Positions 37,896-41,203 of a stretch of DNA of 41,203 bases are shown here, piece after piece. How positions within the stretch are numbered: the first letter of the stretch is position 1; every line of letters starts with the position of its first letter. The stretch lies in contig JALJEE010003229.1 in assembly GCA_023231475.1 (NCBI GenBank), forward strand, positions 1 through 41,203, written 5' to 3'. The translations under genes were made by a program, and so were the position numbers. The notes under the pieces were generated by a model. The model did no database searches, was not told the origin of the DNA, and saw only the letters and a list, made by a program, of their open reading frames with translations. Source of the DNA: Seison nebaliae. Taxonomy: Eukaryota.

Positions 37896-38981
37896 ATGGA
37901 ATTAGTTGAACGGAAACGTCATTCCAACGACGAATTGAATAACCGAATTCAAAATGTTGATGCTGATTTTGAAAAGAAGAAGGCTCGTTATGAATTAATT
38001 CAACATGATCACACGAAACAATTGATAAATGCTCCCTCTAGATGTAGTTCTTTGCTTCAACCGATTATGTTGCTCTCCGGTCATACGGGAGCGATATTAT
38101 CCGCCGCATTTTCTCCTCAACCGCCATATCTGTATGCGTCAACTGGTGCTGATAAAAAGATGTTTCTATGGAAAGTGACAGGCAAATGTGAGAATGTGAA
38201 TGTGTTGTCTGTAGGAAGTGTGGGATGTCCGTTGGACATGTGTTGGACAAGTGATGGAGAAGAGTTAGCTATCGTTGGCAGTCGTCATATTGGGGCGTTA
38301 TGGAATGTAGAATATGGACAAAGAGAACGACAATTTAAAGGACACTCAAAAATCGTTAATAGTGTCACCGCGAATTATGATATGAGTAATCAAAGAACTA
38401 CTTTTGTAACGTCGTCAGATGATGGAACGATAAAGTTGTGGGATCGTCGTGCTAAAGCAGCTCAAAAAACGAAAGATTTGAAATTTCCACAGTTGAGTGT
38501 AAGATCGAAAAATTACGATATTTTCTCAGCTGGAATCGATAATACGATTCATTGTTTCGATATCCGATCAATGGATTCGGAGAAATATTTAATTCTGGGA
38601 CATGAAGATACAGTGACAGATATCGCCATTTCAAATGATGGAAAACGATTATTATCAACAGCCATGGATCAACGACTTTGTATTTGGGACATTCAGACAA
38701 TTCCATTTCATCCATCACGTTTCCTCTCTCAATTAGCTGGAGTACATCATGGATTCGAAAAAGATATTTTGAGATGTTCATGGTCAACAGATGATACACA
38801 CGTCACATGTGGCAGTGCTGACCAATTTGTTAATGTTTGGAAGACGGACACGGGGAAACTTTTATATAAATTGCCTGGTCATCATGGTACAGTGACAACA
38901 TCGTTATTTCATCCGATAGAGCCAATTATCTGTTCGTCTTCTGTTGACCAAACCGTTTATGCTGGAGAACTTCATTTATAA
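37896..38981 (+). CDS. SNRNP40: U5 snRNP 40 kDa WD40 protein, single exon (~361 aa)
   Basis: APSRCSSLLQPIMLLSGH, FVTSSDDGTIKLWD, HHGFEKDILRCSWS, CGSADQFVNVW, LYKLPGHHG and FHPIEPIICSSSVDQTVYAGEL match SNRNP40/WDR57 hallmarks. The ATG is at 37896. Confidence 0.93.
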   Translation: MELVERKRHSNDELNNRIQNVDADFEKKKARYELIQHDHTKQLINAPSRCSSLLQPIMLLSGHTGAILSAAFSPQPPYLYASTGADKKMFLWKVTGKCENVNVLSVGSVGCPLDMCWTSDGEELAIVGSRHIGALWNVEYGQRERQFKGHSKIVNSVTANYDMSNQRTTFVTSSDDGTIKLWDRRAKAAQKTKDLKFPQLSVRSKNYDIFSAGIDNTIHCFDIRSMDSEKYLILGHEDTVTDIAISNDGKRLLSTAMDQRLCIWDIQTIPFHPSRFLSQLAGVHHGFEKDILRCSWSTDDTHVTCGSADQFVNVWKTDTGKLLYKLPGHHGTVTTSLFHPIEPIICSSSVDQTVYAGELHL

Positions 38982-39219
38982 AATTTGATTCATTTTTATT
39001 TTTTCCTTTCCTTTCAAACAATTAAAACTTTTAATTTCTCATACATAACTTCTTATATTTATAATTTTCATATGTTCATATATCATAGAAATCTTCAATA
39101 ATGAGATAATGTATCTTCTCATGTATTTGGAGAGAATGAAAGAAAGTATATTTTATTATAACGGAAAATCATCAGAAAAAAATTTAGAAATATTTTCATT
39201 TTCAAAAGATCTTGTCCAA

Positions 39220-40015
39220 TTATGGTTTTGAACAATCTGAGCAAACGTCATCACGCATATAATAATACTTATTTTTTTCAGAAGGAAGAAAATTTTTAGC
39301 AATATTATCATGTTGCGCGGCATCGTAATCGACTTGATATCGATAAACGAGCAATCTACAGGTCAAATCGTAAAAGCGAAAACCATAGCAGACACTTGAT
39401 GTAATATGTGCGCATTTATTTGCACATAGTTGTGTTGATTCACTCTCTACATCTTCTCTTACCATTTCATCTAAAATACCATTTCCATAATCGGTTAGCT
39501 TTTTTTTTATAAAATTCCTCTAATAAATCGATTGGGATGAAATGTTTTTAAGGAATTATGGAATTAATGAGGTAAAATCCTAACCGAAATTTGAATACTT
39601 TCACATATAAATTTTTTGTTATGATGAAAACCTTGAGATTCTGAGATTTGCCCTTGATCATAATATAGCGGCACATGATTACCATTTGACTAATGTGTAA
39701 ATTAGTGTAAAAAAGATATTAATAATATGTTTAACTAACAGAACTTTTCTTCCAACACAATGTAGAAATAAGACCGACGTTTCCATTACAGGTATTGCGA
39801 TATTTAGTGTATCCCAAATAAACCAAGTTTGAATTTGGGATTGTCGGTTGTGCTAAATCATCTTCCATCAAAAATAAGCCTTTAGATCGACACGATTTCA
39901 TAGCTTCCTTATGAGACTTCTCGGTGTCAAAAAACACCATTCGACAATTGTTATCAGCATCATTTCTTTCAAACATTAAGAATGTCATGAGAAAGAAGAT
40001 GATTTCCCGAATCAT
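39220..40015 (-). CDS. Small secreted protein (~226 aa): signal peptide + degenerate C-type-lectin-like domain + PAN/apple-like domain
   Basis: Model: complement(join(39220..39519,39585..39689,39740..40015)), all phase 0 and in frame. It has a hydrophobic N-terminus, KSHKEAMKSCRSKGLFL, VYLG and KKFICE (CTLD pattern), followed by CANKC...CYGFRF...TCRL (PAN pattern). Confidence 0.7.
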
Positions 40016-40782
40016 CTCGAATTAAACTATTGTTAAACTTGTGAAATTTTTTGGTACTCAATGGAAGTTTGACGAATCCGGTCGTCATGTTAACGAAATC
40101 CTATAAATTTTCAACAATCATCTTATTTATAATAACGGTAAATCATTTGTTGATTCGCTTCAAATGTTGATAAAGGAGAAGAATGATTTATCAAGATTTT
40201 AATAAGTATTCGCATTTCACATTAAAAATTAATCGAACTAAAAATATTATTCAATTTTTAAATATTCTGCTATTCAGGTTTTCTTCTTTTACGACTATTT
40301 ATGTAAGGTCAACACTATTTTTGTTTGGATTGACCAACGACATTTTATTTCTTAACAATGAATATATATATATATATATATCTTAAAGTGAAACATAACG
40401 AACTTCTTGCTTTTAGAAGTCAAATCATAAAAACTTTAACAGTTTACTTACTATTTAAAACTAACAGTTTATTTTTCAACTTAACAATATTCTCTGCAAA
40501 TCATTCAAATAAAACAATCAATATTCTTTCCCAAATATAACAAATATAATTCCATTTAACCCATATGATGTCCATAATCCAACAACACAATTAACACACT
40601 TGAAATATCGGTTTAAAAAAATCAAAATTAGAAGTTAATTTACTTACAAAAATTATTAATATCGTAAGAACCGTATGTTATCTTAAGTAACGTTCCTACT
40701 GAAAGTGCCATTACCTACGAAATTAATATAAGTTCACAGGATACAAACTGAAGAATTTGTTTCAGTGGATTGTAGGTAGATA

Positions 40783-40861
40783 CCCTGTAAGCATTTGAAT
40801 GTCTTGAGAACGTTTTTTTGATGTATATAAACGTTAAAAAAACGTTCAAATGCCAACAGGG
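40783..40861. mobile_element. 79-bp MITE with ~17-bp terminal inverted repeats and TA flanks
   Basis: TA|CCCTGTAAGCATTTGAA ... TTCAAATGCCAACAGGG|TA (15/17 inverted match), with internal AACGTT repeats. Confidence 0.75.
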
Positions 40862-41061
40862 TATCGTAATGATGTCAATATCGTAATAGAGGATATATAT
40901 AGAGAATAAACTTGATCAACATATGAAATAACTATAGTTATGAAGTAGAAGTAATTATGATAGAGAATTGATTCACAAGTCATTCATTGACGGGTTCATT
41001 GACACTACAACCATAGTTCATGATGATATATCATCACGATGAAGTATAACAATGAAGAAGA

Positions 41062-41190
41062 GGAATCCCGGTGATTTTGCCACCCTGATATTTTGCCACT
41101 CTGTTTTATCCATTTTGGACAGTTCGCCACCCTGAATATGGACACTTTGCCACCTTGTGTGTGTATTTTCGGTGATTTCGCCACCCTTCT
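41062..41190. mobile_element. Putative DNA-transposon terminus with subterminal TTYGCCAC repeats (MULE/Phantom-like style)
   Basis: Starts GGAATCCCGG. Five TT(T/C)GCCAC copies at 41076, 41092, 41123, 41146 and 41177, several preceded by GGACA or GGTGA. The other end would lie outside the window. Confidence 0.5.
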
Positions 41191-41203
41191 ATATAAATCT
41201 ACT

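Noticed and set aside
1..41203. tRNA, rRNA, snRNA or SL RNA genes
   Set aside because: No convincing signature was seen by eye; an Infernal or tRNAscan search would be needed to exclude divergent copies.

Overview
AT-rich eukaryotic DNA, most likely from an animal with a compact genome and very short introns (44-73 nt). The species cannot be identified from the sequence alone. Five host genes are supported: (1) a very large Asn/Gln-rich Pumilio/PUF gene (+, ~11.3-18.5 kb); (2) an intronless DEPDC5/Iml1 GATOR1 subunit (+, 24.1-30.5 kb); (3) an ankyrin + armadillo ANKAR-like gene (-, 31.8-35.3 kb); (4) an intronless U5 snRNP WD40 gene, SNRNP40 (+, 37.9-39.0 kb); (5) a small secreted C-type-lectin-like + PAN/apple protein (-, 39.2-40.0 kb). 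Between them are three decayed, related APE-RT non-LTR retrotransposon copies, a probable gag-protease LTR-element relic, a 79-bp MITE and a putative DNA-transposon terminus. The most striking signal is the splicing code. Of 12 introns I could fix by reading frame and protein homology in three unrelated genes, 11 begin GTT rather than canonical GTR(AGT). Most follow an exon ending in A or AA, and in several cases a more canonical GTA/GTG donor lies a few bases away but cannot be the one used. This hints at a lineage-specific mode of 5' splice-site recognition.
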